DNA of 64,000 nt, from the NCBI RefSeq assembly GCF_963921235.1, contig NC_086097.1, positions 73,100,001 to 73,164,000 of the forward strand, in the 5' to 3' direction. The notes below the pieces were generated by a model that was not told the origin of the DNA, did no database searches, and saw only the letters and a program-made list of their open reading frames with translations. Within the stretch, counting starts at the first letter, position 1; each line of letters begins with the position of its first letter. The DNA is from Mobula hypostoma (taxonomy: Eukaryota). Shown piece after piece: positions 13,590-27,002 of this stretch. Both the position numbers and the translations under genes were made by a program.

Positions 13590-15560
13590 TCATAACTGTG
13601 TGGCCAGGCACAGCTCAGATGCCATCTATAAATTTAATGGCATAACTGTTGTTGGCAGAATCTCAAATGGCGATGAGAGGAATAGAGGAGTGAGATACAG
13701 TAGATAGGCTGCTTGAGTAGTGTAGCAACAACAGCCTTGCACTCAGTGTCAGTAAGACCAAGGAACTGATTGTGGACTTGGGATGGGGAAGTCAGGCAAA
13801 TGCATATCAGTCCTCATCAAGAGGTTAGCAGTGGGAGAGTAGCTTTAAGGTCCTGTCTGTCAGCGCTTTATATTTGTGACGGTGGGATGAAGTACAGCTC
13901 CAATGCCATATTTAAGGTTGTTGATGTTGGCCAAATCAAAGGTGGTGATAAATCAGCATATCAAAATCAGGTTTATTATCACTGGCATGTGACGTGAAAT
14001 TTGTTAATTTAGCAGTAGTGGTTCAATGCAATACATAATCTAGCAGAGAGAAAAAAATAAAAAACAATAAATAAACAAGTAAATCAATTACGTATATTGA
14101 ATAGATTTTAAAAAGTGCAAAAACAGAAATACTGTATATTTTTAAAAAGTGAGGTAGTGTCCAAAGCTTCACTGTCCATTTAGAAATTGGATGGCAGAGG
14201 GGAAGAAGCTGTTACGGAATCGCTGAGTGTGTGCCTGCAGGCTTCTGTACCTCCTACCTGATGGTAACAGTGAGAAAAGGACATGCCCTGGGTGCTGGAG
14301 GTCCTTAATAATGGATGCTGCCTTTCTGAGACACTGCTCCCTAATGATGGCCTGGGTACTTTGTAAGCTAGTGCCCAAGATGAAGCTGACTAGATATGCA
14401 ACCTTTTGCAGCTTCTTTCGGTCCTGTGCAGTAGCCCCTCCATGCCAGACAGTGATGCAGCCTGTCAGAATGCTCTCCATGGTACAACTATAGAAGTTTT
14501 TGAGTGTATTAGGAGGGAGATTGAAAATCTGACTGAGTGGTGTGACAACAACCTCTCACTCAATGTCAGCAAAGCCAAGGAGCTGATTATTGATTTCAGA
14601 AGGAGAAGGAGGAAACCAGAGGTCCATGAGCCAATTCTCATCAGGAGATCAGAGGTGGAGAGGACTGACAATTTTAAATTCCTCTGTGTAGTCATCTCAA
14701 AGGATCTATCCGAGGGCCAGCATGTAAGTGCCATTACGAAGAAAGACATTTACAATGATTTTGCATGTCATCCAAAACTTTGACAGATTTGGATGCGTGG
14801 TGAAGATGGTGGCTGCGAACAATGCAATGTCCTCCAGATGTTTCACAAAACTACTTCTTTCACTTTTGTCTTTTTCTTCCAAATGTGGCTCTGCTACTGT
14901 TGGAGCCTGTGATCTAAATTTTGATGGTGTTTTTTCAGGCTGATTGAGCTTTGCTGTCTCCAAGAGTGTTTTGTGAATCTCAGATGGTATATGGTAACAT
15001 ATACTGTATGTACTTTGATAACAAATTTACTTTGAACATCTCTTGTAGATCTATCCTGGGCCAAACATATTCATGCAGATATGAGGAAGGCAAGTCAGTG
15101 GCTATATTTCATTTAGGAGTTTGAGGAGATTTGGTATGTCACCAAAGAGTCTTGCAAATTTCTACTGATATATCATGGAGAGTAATCTGACTAGTTGCAT
15201 CACCATCTGTATGGAGGCACCAACGCACAGGATTGGAAAAACCTGCAAATTCAGTCAGTTACAATAAAGGGAACAATCCTTCCTACCATTGAGAACATCT
15301 TCAAAACGCAATGCCCTAAGAAGTTGGCATTCATCATTAAGGAAAATCTCTGCCCAGGCTATGCCCGCTTCTCATTGGTACTATCAGGGAGTTGGGATGG
15401 AATTTCTGAATGGACCAGGAATACTACCTGTTCTTTTGCTCATTTTGCACGTTTTAAATATTTCTTTGTGTATTACACTATGCTGCTGCTGCTGCAAAAC
15501 AACATATTTCATTTTGTACTGTATGCCAATAATAATGAACCTTTTTCTGATTCTGAAGTA
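13590..15560 (+). mobile_element. Nest of three Rex1/Babar-like fragments (outer + 13590-13863/15036-15560; middle + 13864-13960/14510-15037; inner - 13961-14509)
   Basis: Interrupted RT motifs resume colinearly across each junction; inner ORF 14169-14480 (ESILTGCITVWHG..LLPSGRRYRS). Confidence 0.8.
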
Positions 15561-15564
15561 CTCT

Positions 15565-15632
15565 GCTTGTAAAGTGCTTTGGGGTATGCTGAAATTGTCA
15601 AAGGTATGAAATATAAATGCAAGTCTTTTCTG
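15565..15632 (+). repeat. Deu-SINE-type 3' tail remnant
   Basis: gtaaagtgctttgggg...atataaatgcaagtcttttc. Confidence 0.45.
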
Positions 15633-16699
15633 ATTAGTCTCTTACTTCAAAAGATATGAGCCAAACTGCTTAATTTGCGATTTGCTGCTGCTCCACTTGG
15701 AAGGAATTAATCTAATGTTTTTTTAATTGAGCTAATAAAATGCTGGTGGTAGACCTTGCTAGATAATTCTGGAGCACTAGTCTGCAAGAATTTTTTTTTT
15801 TTTTTTAAAAAGGTCTACGTTTCTGACCTTTTTAAAATTATCAGTTCTCAGACCATTACTTTGAGGCAGAAGGGATAAGGAAGTATTTCTGAGGGCAAAT
15901 TGTGACTGATTCCTTCACTATTAATATATGTAATAGTATCTACTTGAGTATCATAAAAATACAAATTAGGAACAGAATTTGGCCAAAAAGTCCAGATGTA
16001 ACAAACTGGAATTTTTAAAAATACGTGTTGGTAATTTTCAGCAGGTTAGACCTCATCCCCAGCAGAGGAAAGGGTAACATTTAAGTCTGATTTTTCAGAC
16101 GTTGATCTGAAATTTGCTTTATTTCTCTTTCCACATTTCTCGAAGTGATTTGTCTACAGCTTCCAGCTTCCATGTGGTCGTTGAGAAGCAGAACAGGCTT
16201 TCCTGTACTTCAGAGAGGGCCATAAGGGAAAGCACTTTATTATAATAGAGCTTGTTTGAAAGTGGAAATTATTACAGAGAAACTGTTAAATTTTAAGAAA
16301 GAAAATTTGTTTGTTTTACATTCAGAGGATTTTTGCGATCGCTGTTATATTTAATTTTGCTGGTTGAACATAAGTTTCATGGAATCTACTGGTGTCCCAT
16401 GACATAGTATGGAATCAGGAGACTTGCTGGACTAGTGAGACTGGCACTGCAGGGATTGGGTGATGGAAGTTCATCTGGTGCTGCATTAGGTAGGGGGGGG
16501 CGGTGATGTAGTATTGGTCAGTGGAGCCACAAGGAGAGTGTTCTGAGGAAGCACAGGTGTAGGGGGAGTGTACTTGTAGCGATGGGGTTGGGGTCTCATG
16601 TTGTACAGCATGGAGGTGTGCAAATTGTCCCACCGAGTCTGTGTAGCCATTAAGCAGCTCTTTGCAATAATCATACACGTTCTTTTTTTATTCTTGCCA

Positions 16700-18090
16700 C
16701 ATTGTCATCATTGTTGTCCACTCTCCACTGGGCTTTGGAGCACATGGACAACAGCAATGTACATGGTATGTCAGGCTGCAGTGTATCGATTACAACTTGA
16801 TATTCAACAACAGCATCCTCTCAGAACCAATCAACAAGGTTCAAAACCTGGCCTCTGTACCTCTGCAACTAGATCGTTGACTTCCTCATTGGGAGATGAC
16901 GGTCAGTATGGATCAGTAACTTGTTGCATGCTGCTCCCTGCAGATTAATTTTTTATATTAGTTCATTTGTCCATGAGTAATGTAACTTGTTATGTTAATA
17001 GTTCAACTTTTTTGCATCTAATTTATGTCTCTTAGGAATTATTCTGCTCTGTAATTGTTTTACCTTTTCTAGCCCAATGCACTGTATAATGATTTGATTT
17101 GTATAAACAGTATACAAGACAGGCTTTTCATTGTATCTTGGTACATGTGACAATAATAATCCAATACTAATACCAATCTCCTTACTGATAATCGGCACAG
17201 ACACACACCTTAAAGGTGCATGGTTAGTCTATTGCTCTACGCTCTATACACTTGACTGTACACTGCCAAAATGCCATCTATAAATTTGCTGATGACATCA
17301 GTTGTTGGCAGAATCTTGGATGGCGACAGAGGTGTACAGGAGTGAGAAGGATCAGCTGGTTGGGTAGTATTGCATGAACAACTTCAGTCTGTCAGCAAGA
17401 CTAAGGAACTGATTGTGCACTTCAGGATGGGGAAGTTGGGAGAACACACACACCAGTCCTCATTAAGAGGTCAGTAGTGTAAAGGATGAACAGATTCAAG
17501 TTCCTGGGCGTCAGCATTTCAGAGGATCTATCGTAGGCCTGAGACATTGATGCAGTCATGAAGAAGGCACGCCAGTGGCTCTGCTTCATTAGGAGTTTGA
17601 GGATATTTGGTGTGTCACCAAAGACTCTGACAAATTTCTATTGATGTATTGTGGAGGACATTCTGACTGGTTGTATCACTGCCTGGTATGAGGCTCCAGT
17701 GCACAGGACCAAAAGAGGTTGTAGAGGGTTGTATACTTGGGCATCTCCATCATTGGTATGGCCCTACCTACCATTGAGGACATCTTTAAAAGGTGGTGGC
17801 TCAAGAAGGTGGTATCCATTATTAAGGACCCTCATCATCTGGGACATATCTTCTCATTACTACCATTGGGAGGAGGTATAAGAGCCTGAAGTCACAGAAT
17901 GTTTTAAGAATGGCTTCTTCCCTCCTGCCAGTGGATTTCTGAGTGATCCTTCAACACTGACTCACTATACTGCTTTTGCACTATTTGTTTATTTATTGTG
18001 ACTTGTAATTTAGTGTCCTGCACCGTACCGCTGCCACAAATCAACAAATTTCACCACATTCTCATTGATAATAAAGCTGCCGCTGACCTC
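16700..18090 (+). mobile_element. Two Rex1/Babar-like fragments (16700-17180 with (CCAATA)n tail; 17200-18090)
   Basis: KFADD-like codons at 17281-17296; EDILTGCITAWY motif. Confidence 0.7.
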
Positions 18091-18129
18091 CCAGGCTCTA
18101 CCACTCACCTACACGTTCCGGCTGTTAAC

Positions 18130-18295
18130 AGTAGCCAGTTAACTTAACAACTCTCATGTTTTCAGGCTGTGGCAGAAAAGAACTGCATTGTCCAAGGAGA
18201 ACGTGCAGACTCCACACAGTATCTGAGGTCAGGCTTGTACCCAGGTCACTGGAGTTGCGAGGTAGCTGTTCTACTTACTGTACGACGGTGCTGTC
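18130..18295 (-). repeat. tRNA-derived SINE remnant (V-SINE/HE1-like)
   Basis: ggagaacgtgcagactccacacag...cccaggtcactggagttgcgaggtagc; related to 54440-54675. Confidence 0.55.
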
Positions 18296-20877
18296 AGTCA
18301 TCGGTTGTTTAAAATACTTGAACTTTAATCTGGCCTATTTTATATACCTGAGCCTATAGGTACCTCTTATTAATGATATTTATAGTGGTCATATATTAAG
18401 TAAAATTTATGCTCCATATTCATGGTCTTTTACTGCTCTCCAAGTAATTCCACAAATAAGCCTTCAAAGTTTATGTTCGTGTACCTGAATTGCTTCACCT
18501 AAGCTACTGCTTCTTGCTGCCCTGATGTACAGTTCACAAGAATAAATTTTGCACAAAATCATGTGTTTGCTTGTAATCAGGATGTTACCAGTGACAGTCT
18601 GATACATTAGATGCTGTAGGTTGTCAGTGTTTCAATGCATTGAGAAAATTGGACAGGATTTTACAACTGACCGCGCAATGAATGGAAGATTATTAAGTCC
18701 CACTGCACAGCACAGATTTTCTGACGTTGGTTCTAGGAGTACTTCAAACAGGAAATGTGTATTAAATAAGCATTCAATTTTGTGGTGATGCCGCTGTGTG
18801 GGTGATTATGATGGCAATGTGTAGGAATGCAAATCAGTGCAGTGTGCTGCTTAGTCTGCTGTACTGCAGAGCGTCTAGGTCGGAAAAAAACAACTCTTGA
18901 TTTCTGGGCCTTGGTCCAGTACTTGCTTTAAAGCGGTAAATGTCTCCAAGAGGTCTCCTATCTGCTCATTTTCTGCATTGCCATCAATGTAAAATGTCCT
19001 GCTTAGAAGTGATTGATGGGCTCTGTAATAATTTATTTGCTCGTCATCATTATAATGGATGTAATTTTGAAAGTTTTGTTTGGGCAATTGAGAGTAATTT
19101 CCTTTGAAATGGATAACTTTTGTCATAACTGGGAAAAAAATTGATTTTCAAATATGAAACTCTAGAATGAAAATTTGATAATGTGGGCAAGTGACCTCCA
19201 TCAATGCTTTGGTGTTAGATTTAACCAAACCACGATAGAGATGGTTGCACATCTACTGGCAGCTGCCTCTTCTGCGCAAGTAACTTCGTTAAATTGTCTA
19301 AGCTAGGACTAGAAGTGTTATTGAACAAAAAGCAAGATTTTGCAGATACAGAAATGACTGTGACTGACACTGCAGCCGATTCTTGTACTGCACTACTGAC
19401 TTTGTATACAAGTCTTTGTGGAGACAGAGCAAAGCCTTAATTCCTTCAGCATACCGGATAACTTTCGACAGTACATTGAGGCAGTGCAAGGTAAAATGAT
19501 GTGTGTGGAATAAAATGTACAGAGAAAATGCATAAGCTCATTGCTACACATGGGTTGTTCAGAACTAGTAAAAGATAATTAAACTACTTGGAGAAGTAAG
19601 GAGCAAGAATGGGAACAGAGTATAGTGCATTTGAAGTACTGCAAATACAGTAAAATGTCTAACTCCCTAACTCATGATTGCTTTGTTCAGAAATCCCAAT
19701 GGCTTGGCATCTTGTTCTCTGGGGCCTTGTTGGATGTGTATATATATGTATATGTGTACATGCATATATCTGTGTGTATAAATTAATATAGTTTTTGTTT
19801 TAGAATTACAAAACATAATGGAGAGAGATGTTTGGACATAAAGTGAAAGCGCATGAATGTGGAGCTAAAACTGAAGATCAGCCATGATCTTGTTGAATTG
19901 GGTTTGATGGGTAGAACAGTAGTTTCTGCTGATCTTTTATCTGAGGGAAAATCGGCAATTAAAGTACTGTAGTTGGGAGAGAGTGGCACTACTGTATGTA
20001 TTGGATTCTTAATTTGGATGGCAGGGACTTCTGTTTATGTCTGCATAATTTTGTATTTAACACAATCTGAATTCCACTTTCCTTTTGGCAAGCACTGATC
20101 TTCTTGTGTAACACTACACCACTGAACACTTGAAATACCAGTCTTGCATTATCAAACAGGCTTTCTTAGAATCAAAACTAACTTTGGCACAAATGTGCTT
20201 CACTTTGAACAACTATGTCCTTACTTTGTGTCCTTAAGCTGATTTAATTTAGCTTCTGTGTCGGCAGAACTAACCTTCAGACAGCTTGATGTGTACCTGT
20301 GGAAATATAATTTAAAAATAATGAAATGAACATGTAAATAGCTTTTGGCATAAATTATCTGTTGGTGATAAATTTATAGCTTTGAATTAGTGATGTCATT
20401 CATTGGAGGATTAGAATTTTAGTTTGAACAGATTTTTCATCTTAGCTTTGATTGAGACAATCTTCAATATAAAAAGGAATTCAAACCAAGAATTGAGTTT
20501 GATGCTTTTTCAGTTGATGGCATTGAAAGAGTTGACACAAAGTCTTGTCAAAGTTTTAGGCTATAAGGACTTACTGCATTGTGCTTTGAATAAGACATTA
20601 CCAGTACCTTTTCTCTAAAGTGGATGGAAATGATTGCATGTGAGAAAAGTTCCTTTCTTGCTTCACATTCTAACCTGGCCCACATTGAGGACGATGAAAC
20701 AATGAGAACATATAGTAACTCTTCAGATATTTTACTGGTGGGGATACCTTGGCTAAACCCAGTCCTGCTTTTTTTTTCTTCTGTTGGCACTCACTAAAGC
20801 TGTCCTGGACACTTATTCCTGGTTAAACATTATTTCCTTTTAGCAGCCCTATTGTGTCTCACCTATGAGTACCTGAT

Positions 20878-21615
20878 CAACACACATAGTACGCTGGAGG
20901 ATAGCATCTATAGAAGTGAATAAACAGTCATAATTTCAGATTGAGACCCTTCTTCAAGACCAAAATGGAAGAGGGAAGACACCAGAATAAAAAGGAGGTG
21001 GGGAGGAGAAGATGATAGTTAAAACCAAGAGGATGGGAAAGTAAAGAGCTGGAGAAGAAGGAATCTGACAGGAGAGGAAAGTGGACCACAGGAAAAAGGG
21101 GAGGGGAGGAATGATAGGCAGGTGAGAAGAAGTAAAAGGCCATTGGGGAAGAGAAGAAGAGGCAAGGGGGAGTGGAAAAAATTACTGGAAGGAGAAATCG
21201 ATATGCATGCCATAAGGTTGGAGGACACCCAGATGGAATACAGGGTGTTACTCATCTTGGCACAAGAGGCGGCCATGGAACGACATGTTGGAATGTGAAT
21301 GGGAATGGGAATTAAAATGTTTGGCCACTGGGAAGTTCTACTTATGGCAGAGGTGCTTGACGAAGCAGTCCCCCAATTTATGATGGGTCTCACCAATGTG
21401 GAGGAGGCCATGTCAAGAGCAGCAGACGCAATAGACAACCCTAGCAGATTCACTCATAATGTGTTGCCTCACCTGGAAGGACTGTTTGGGACCTTAAATG
21501 GAGGTGAGGGAGGAGGTAAATGAGCAGGTGAAGCTCTTGGGTTGCTTGCAGGGATATGTGCCAATAGAGAGATTAGTGGTGAGGGTCAAATGGACAATGG
21601 AATCATGGAGGGAGC
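20878..21615 (-). mobile_element. Penelope-like element 3' part (GIY-YIG region plus terminal repeat)
   Basis: Same terminal repeat, purine-rich tract and GIY-YIG-coding DNA as 22588-23935. Confidence 0.8.
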
Positions 21616-22565
21616 AATCTTAGATTGGGTGGCTTGTAATAACCCAGATCTTATTAGGGTGCTTAATATAAAGGAACCCTTTGGAGGCGGTGACCGCAAT
21701 ATGACTGAATTCGTACTGCAATTTGAGAGGGAGAAGCACAAGTCACATATATCAATATCGCAATGGAATAAAGGGAATTGTGGAGGCATGAGAGAGGAGC
21801 TTGCCCAGGTGGATTAGAGGGTGATACTGCTAGGGATTATGGCAGAGTAGAGATTGCTGAAGTTTCTGGGAATAGCTCATAGGTACAGGATAGATATGAC
21901 CCACAGAAGAAGTTGTTCTCAAATGGCAGGGGTGGGCAACCATGGCTGACAAAGGAAGTTAAGGACTACTTAAAAGCCAAGGATGCAGCAATAACATAGC
22001 AAAATTGAGTGGGAAGTTTAATGATTGGGAAGCTTTTAAAATCCAACAAAAGACAACTAAAAAAGCTATAAGAAAAAAAGGTGAAATATGAGGATAAACT
22101 AGCTAATAATATAAAGCAGGACACTAATTTTTTTTCAATTATATGAAGAGTAAATGGGAGTTGAGAGTTGATATTGGACCACTGGAAAATGATGCTGGTG
22201 AGGTAGTAATGGGGAACAAAGAAATGGCAGATGAACTTAATGGGTACTTTGCATCAGAGGATGGAGAGCATGCCTTATGAGAATAGGTTGAGTGAACACG
22301 GCCTTTTCTCCTTGGAGCGAAGGAAGATGAGAGGTGACCTGATAGAGTGTATAAGATGATGAGAGGCATTGATCATGTGGATAGTCAGAGGCTTTTTCCC
22401 AGGGCTGAAATGGTTGCCACAAGAGGACACAGGTTTAAGGTGCTGGGGAGTAGGTACAGAGGAGATGTCAGGGGTAAGTTTTTTTTTTTACTCGGAGTGG
22501 TGAGTGTGGAGCTTAGAAAAATAGAGGGCTATAGATAAGTCTAGTAACTTCTAAGGTAGGGACAT
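21616..22565 (+). mobile_element. CR1 LINE fragments (endonuclease C-terminus/tether, then a 3' end)
   Basis: AILDWV.CN.PDLI..EPFGGGDRNMTEF; YKMMRGIDHVDSQRLFP..TRGH. Confidence 0.85.
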
Positions 22566-22587
22566 GATAACATTCACCATATCCAGA

Positions 22588-23935
22588 GAAACACACACAA
22601 AATGCTGGAGGAATTCAACAGGTCAGGCAGTATGTATGGAATTGAATAAATAGTAGACATTTCAGGCCAAGACTGTTCTTCAGGACTGGAAATGGAGCAA
22701 AAAATACACTTTTATAAAGAGGTGAGTGGAGGGGAAGGAGAACTTGCTAGAAGGTGACAGTTGAAGATATGTGGGTGGGAAAGATAAAGGTAATGGAGAA
22801 AAAGAAATCTGATAGGAGAGGAGGATAGACCATGGAGATAGGGAAGGAGGAGGGGCACCAGGGGGAGGTGATAGTCAGGTGAAAAGAGATAAGAGGCTAG
22901 AGTGGGGAATAGAAAAGGAGGAGGGGAATAAACAGGAGGAGTAATCAATGTTCATACCATCAGGTTCGAGGCTACCTGGACAGAATATAAGGTGTTGCTC
23001 CTCCATCCTGAGAGTGGCATCATCATGGTAAAAGAGGAGGCAATAGACTGCTGTGTTGGAAAGGGGATAGGAATTAAAGTGGTTGGCCACCTGGAATTTC
23101 CACTTTTGGCTGATGGAGTGGACGTGCTCGATGAAGCGGTCTCCCAATTTATAACGAGTCTTTCCAATATAGAGGAGGCCACATTGGGAGCACAAAATGC
23201 AGTAGACCCCAGCTGATTCAGAGATGAAGTGCAGCCTCACCTGGAAGGGCTGTTTAGGGCCCTGAATAGGCAGGTGCTGCATTTCTGTTGCTTGCAGGGA
23301 TGTAGTGCCTGGAGGAAGATTAGTGTGGAGGGCCAAATAGACAAATGAATCGTGGAGGGAGCGACCTCCAGGGAAAGTGGAGTGATGGTGGGAGTGGTAA
23401 AGATATATTTGGTGGTAGGATCCTATTGAAGATGGCGGAAGTTGTGGAGAATGATGTGTTGGATGTGGAGGGTTATGTAATGGTAGGTGAGGACAAGAAC
23501 TCTATCCCTGTTAAGGTGGCAGGAAGATTGGGTGAGTGCGGATGCCAGAGAAATAGAGGAGATGTGGGTGAGGACAGCAGTGCTGGAGGAAAGGAAACCC
23601 CTTTCTTTGAAAGAGGATATCTCTGATGATGTGGAAAGGAAAACCTCATCCTGGGGAGACACATGTAGAGACAAAGGAACTGAGAAAAGGGAATAGAATT
23701 TCTACGGGGTTTAGGGTGAAAAGATTTACGTATAGTCTAGATAGTTATGGAAATTGATATGTTTATAAAATATGTCGGTAGATAGTTTGTCTCCAGAGAT
23801 GGAGACAATGAGATTAAGAAAAGGAAGAGAGGTGTCAGAAATGAGTGATGAATTTAAGGGCAGGGTGGAAGTTGATGAAATTGACAAACTTAGTATTGGT
23901 ACATGAAGCAACAGCACTGCAGTCGTCAGTGTAGT
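22588..23935 (-). mobile_element. Penelope-like element: RT C-terminus, GIY-YIG endonuclease, terminal repeat with decayed hammerhead motif
   Basis: LPFLNL...LSTDIFYK..HNYLDY (PLE RT) and VYCILCSQCGLLYIGKT..LGDRFIEH (GIY-YIG); minus-strand CTGAAGA...GAAATGTC at 22652-22688. Confidence 0.9.
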
Positions 23936-24049
23936 GCAGGATCTGCAATGGCCAGCACCTGTATGTGGTGAGATCTTTTCATACAGGTCAGTGATTATGA
24001 TGTATCTCTTGTTCACACTTGTTTAAAATTAAAAATGAGTTAGATTCTA

Positions 24050-24730
24050 TAATACAAGATGATGTAGGAAAAAATTAGGCCATTCGGCCCATTGAGTCTT
24101 CTCCGCCATTCCATCCTGGCTGATTTATTATCCCACTCAACCCCAATCTCCTGCCTTCTCCCCGTAACTTTTGACACCCTGATTAATCAAGAACCTATCA
24201 ACCTCCATCTTAAATATACCCAATGACATCTGTGGCAGTGAATTTCGCAGATTTACCACCTCTGGTTGAAGAAAGTTTTCCCCATCTCTGTTCATCTGTC
24301 AATTCTGAAGGCCGTGCCCTCTGGTCCTAGATTCTCCCATTATTAGAAACATCCTTTCCACATCCTCTCTATCTTGTCCTTTCAATATTTGATAGCTTTT
24401 AATGGGACACCTGCCCCCACCCCCCAGTCTTCTAAACTCCAGCAAGTGAAGGCCCAGAGCCATCAAATGCTCCTCATATGTTAACCCTTTCATTCCTGGA
24501 ATAATTCTCGTGAACCTCTTCTGAACCCTTTCCAACGACAGCACATCTTTTCTTAGATAAGGGACCTGAAACTGCTCACAATACTCCAAGTGTGATCTAA
24601 CCAATGTCTTATAAAAGCTTGGCATTACTTCCTTGCTTTTGTATTTAGTTCCCTCAAAATGATTGCTGACATTGCATTTCCCTTCCTTGCCACTGACTCA
24701 ACTTGCAAGTTAACCTTTAGGGATATCCAG
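24050..24730 (-). mobile_element. CR1 LINE 3' end
   Basis: YKTLVRSHLEYC..LERVQKRFTRIIPG..SRTRGH; CR1 3'UTR. Confidence 0.9.
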
Positions 24731-25199
24731 GTGAAGGTGGCAAGAACATGGAGAGCCTTAAATATTGTGTTGCTTGGAGTCAGCAAACACAGGGTGAACA
24801 ACACTTGGCTCGAGTTAGGGCATAGCCAGTGTATCTTAATGAGCAGTGAGAAATGGGTGTGACGTTTGTCGGTCATGAATTTGAATAACTAGGTTTATTG
24901 TAGCAGGAACAGGTGGGGTTTACTGCAGCATATAAATTGAAGCTTGTGTGGAATGAGAAACAAAACTATGGGTAGGAAAAAAGTCTAGTTAAATTCCAAA
25001 CACTCACCATCTGGAGGGAACACTTCACTGTATCTTGGTACATTTTACATTGGTACAATTTACATTGAAGCTTTGGTTCAGTAGCAAAAAAAGCTTAAAG
25101 ATCTAACAGTGTGATAAATTGGTCACGCAGCCATCCTATAGAGTCATCTGCAGTTCACTTTTTTTTAATCTCGTGTACAGTGTAGTTTGTAAAAGCACT

Positions 25200-25385
25200 G
25201 GAGAAGCAAGAAATTGCAGTTGCTGGAATCTGGAGCAACATGGTACTGGAAAAACTCAGTATGTCCAGCAGCAGCTGTGGGGTGAAATGAACAGTCAACG
25301 TTTTGGGTCGAGACCTTTCTGTCCATTGCCTTCCATAGCTGTTACCTGACCCAACTGAATTTCTCCAGCACGTTTTGTGTATTCC
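25200..25385. mobile_element. Penelope terminal-repeat fragment pair in inverted arrangement
   Basis: cagtcaacgttttgggtcgagacc followed by the reverse-oriented ctgacccaactgaatttctccagcacgttttgtgt. Confidence 0.7.
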
Positions 25386-26964
25386 TTGGAAAAACAATCG
25401 ACTGTTTTCATGTTGACTTTCTCTTTAAGTTTGGGAGGAACTACTCTCAGAATGCAGCATTATTCAATGTCAACAAACTTCATAATTTGCTAGAATTAAT
25501 ATTCTTTGTTAAGAGTAAGAATTTGTTTTCACTTTCCTTTGATGTCTTGTGATACAATTTAGACAATGGATCATTTTTTTCTCCTCCAATTGGACTGGTT
25601 TTCAATATTTTGAAACTTCCTCCTATTGATTCAGATATAATTTTTTCCCCCACTGTAGCCTTTACCCTTGTATTTTCGCTGCATTACAGAGCTCTCCTGG
25701 TGATCAAGCTCATTGTTCCCATCTCATATAGCCTAATTCCTCTATGCCCATTACCTGATTGGATTTCCACTTAGAATCTGCTGACTTTTCAACTCCTCCT
25801 TCATCTGCCACTTTGGTTTTTTCATTCTCTCTGATATCGCACTTGGTTATATGAGACAAACCTCCTGGAACCCTTTCCCTTCTATTGCTCAAATGCTCAT
25901 TTTTGGCTCTCGTTATCTGGCATGAACAGTTTCCTTTCCTCAAGCATGCTTGTTCTTCCTTTCAAAGATGTTACCAGTCTTTACTCAAATTACGTCGCTG
26001 ACTTACAATATTTCTTTCAGATCCTAGAGCTTACAATTCTTTCTAATGGAATAATACAATTCAATATACTCAGTGCCAGAAAAAACTGTTAGTCTTGTAG
26101 GATCGAACTACAATTTAGGAATCTTATTTTAGATATACCTGGCATCATTGCTGCTTCAGTTAATACGTTAATTTTTGAATGACTCAGGATCTGACCGGGC
26201 ATTGTTTCAGTTAATCTGATAAATCTTCTGTTGGGATCTGGATGCTTGTTTAGAAAAATTCTCAATCCATTCCGTAAATTGAATCCTTTTATTTGGTTGT
26301 ATTTGGTACAGTTTGGATTTTGATCAATGGATGAATTTTCTTGAGGGCACTTCAAATAGCCTGCATTCACTTCAAGGATCCGATGGAGCTAAGTTCAGCT
26401 GCACATCCAAAACACAGCATAATGTACATCAGCAATGACAAACTGTCAAATTCTGGCTTGGGGCCTGATCCATAGCCACTTGACGGCTCAGTGGCAACAC
26501 CCTTATCTCCAAGCTTGAACGAGACATTGTCCCTGGATAGAAGTATTTTAGGGGGGAGGGGTGGGGTGTAAAGTTAGCAAGTTACTAATAATCCATAATG
26601 CTGCTAAATAATATGTTAAGCTCTATTACAGTTTTGTTCTCAATCAGCCAATGTGCTGTCAGACTCTGAGATTTAATTGGAGTCTGTTGCTCTTTCTTAA
26701 TCCTTTCCAGAGTTTAATTGTGCAGAGTTTTTTTTCTGAACTACGTGCTTGCAAGTATTTTTATTCCCTGATGATCTCAAGGGTCAGTACTTTTGGTGAA
26801 GGTTCTATACTGAAGATGTTTTGATTTTCTAAAATAATTCTAGTTTGTGTAAGATGTGATTTTTAAAAAAAAAATTAACTTGGGTAGATTATAATAATTT
26901 TATTAAAAGTAAATCTAATTAAATAGTACAGAGAACTGAAATGTATATTTGTTTTATCTTTTAG

Positions 26965-27002
26965 ATTCAAAATTGAGCTGCTTTCTCTTCTACCTTTCCA
27001 AG
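26965..27002 (+). other. STXBP6: Probable 5'UTR part of the STXBP6 first coding exon
   Basis: Follows the acceptor AG at 26963-26964. A second possible AG acceptor lies at 27001-27002. Confidence 0.6.

Noticed and set aside
19735..19782. TA/TG-rich microsatellite
   Set aside because: Short degenerate simple repeat with no further structure.
22652..22688. Other hammerhead copies (also about 20925, 25290, 51340, 53945, 61960) as active ribozymes
   Set aside because: Core nucleotides or stems are mutated or deleted; only 45151-45186 retains a full core.
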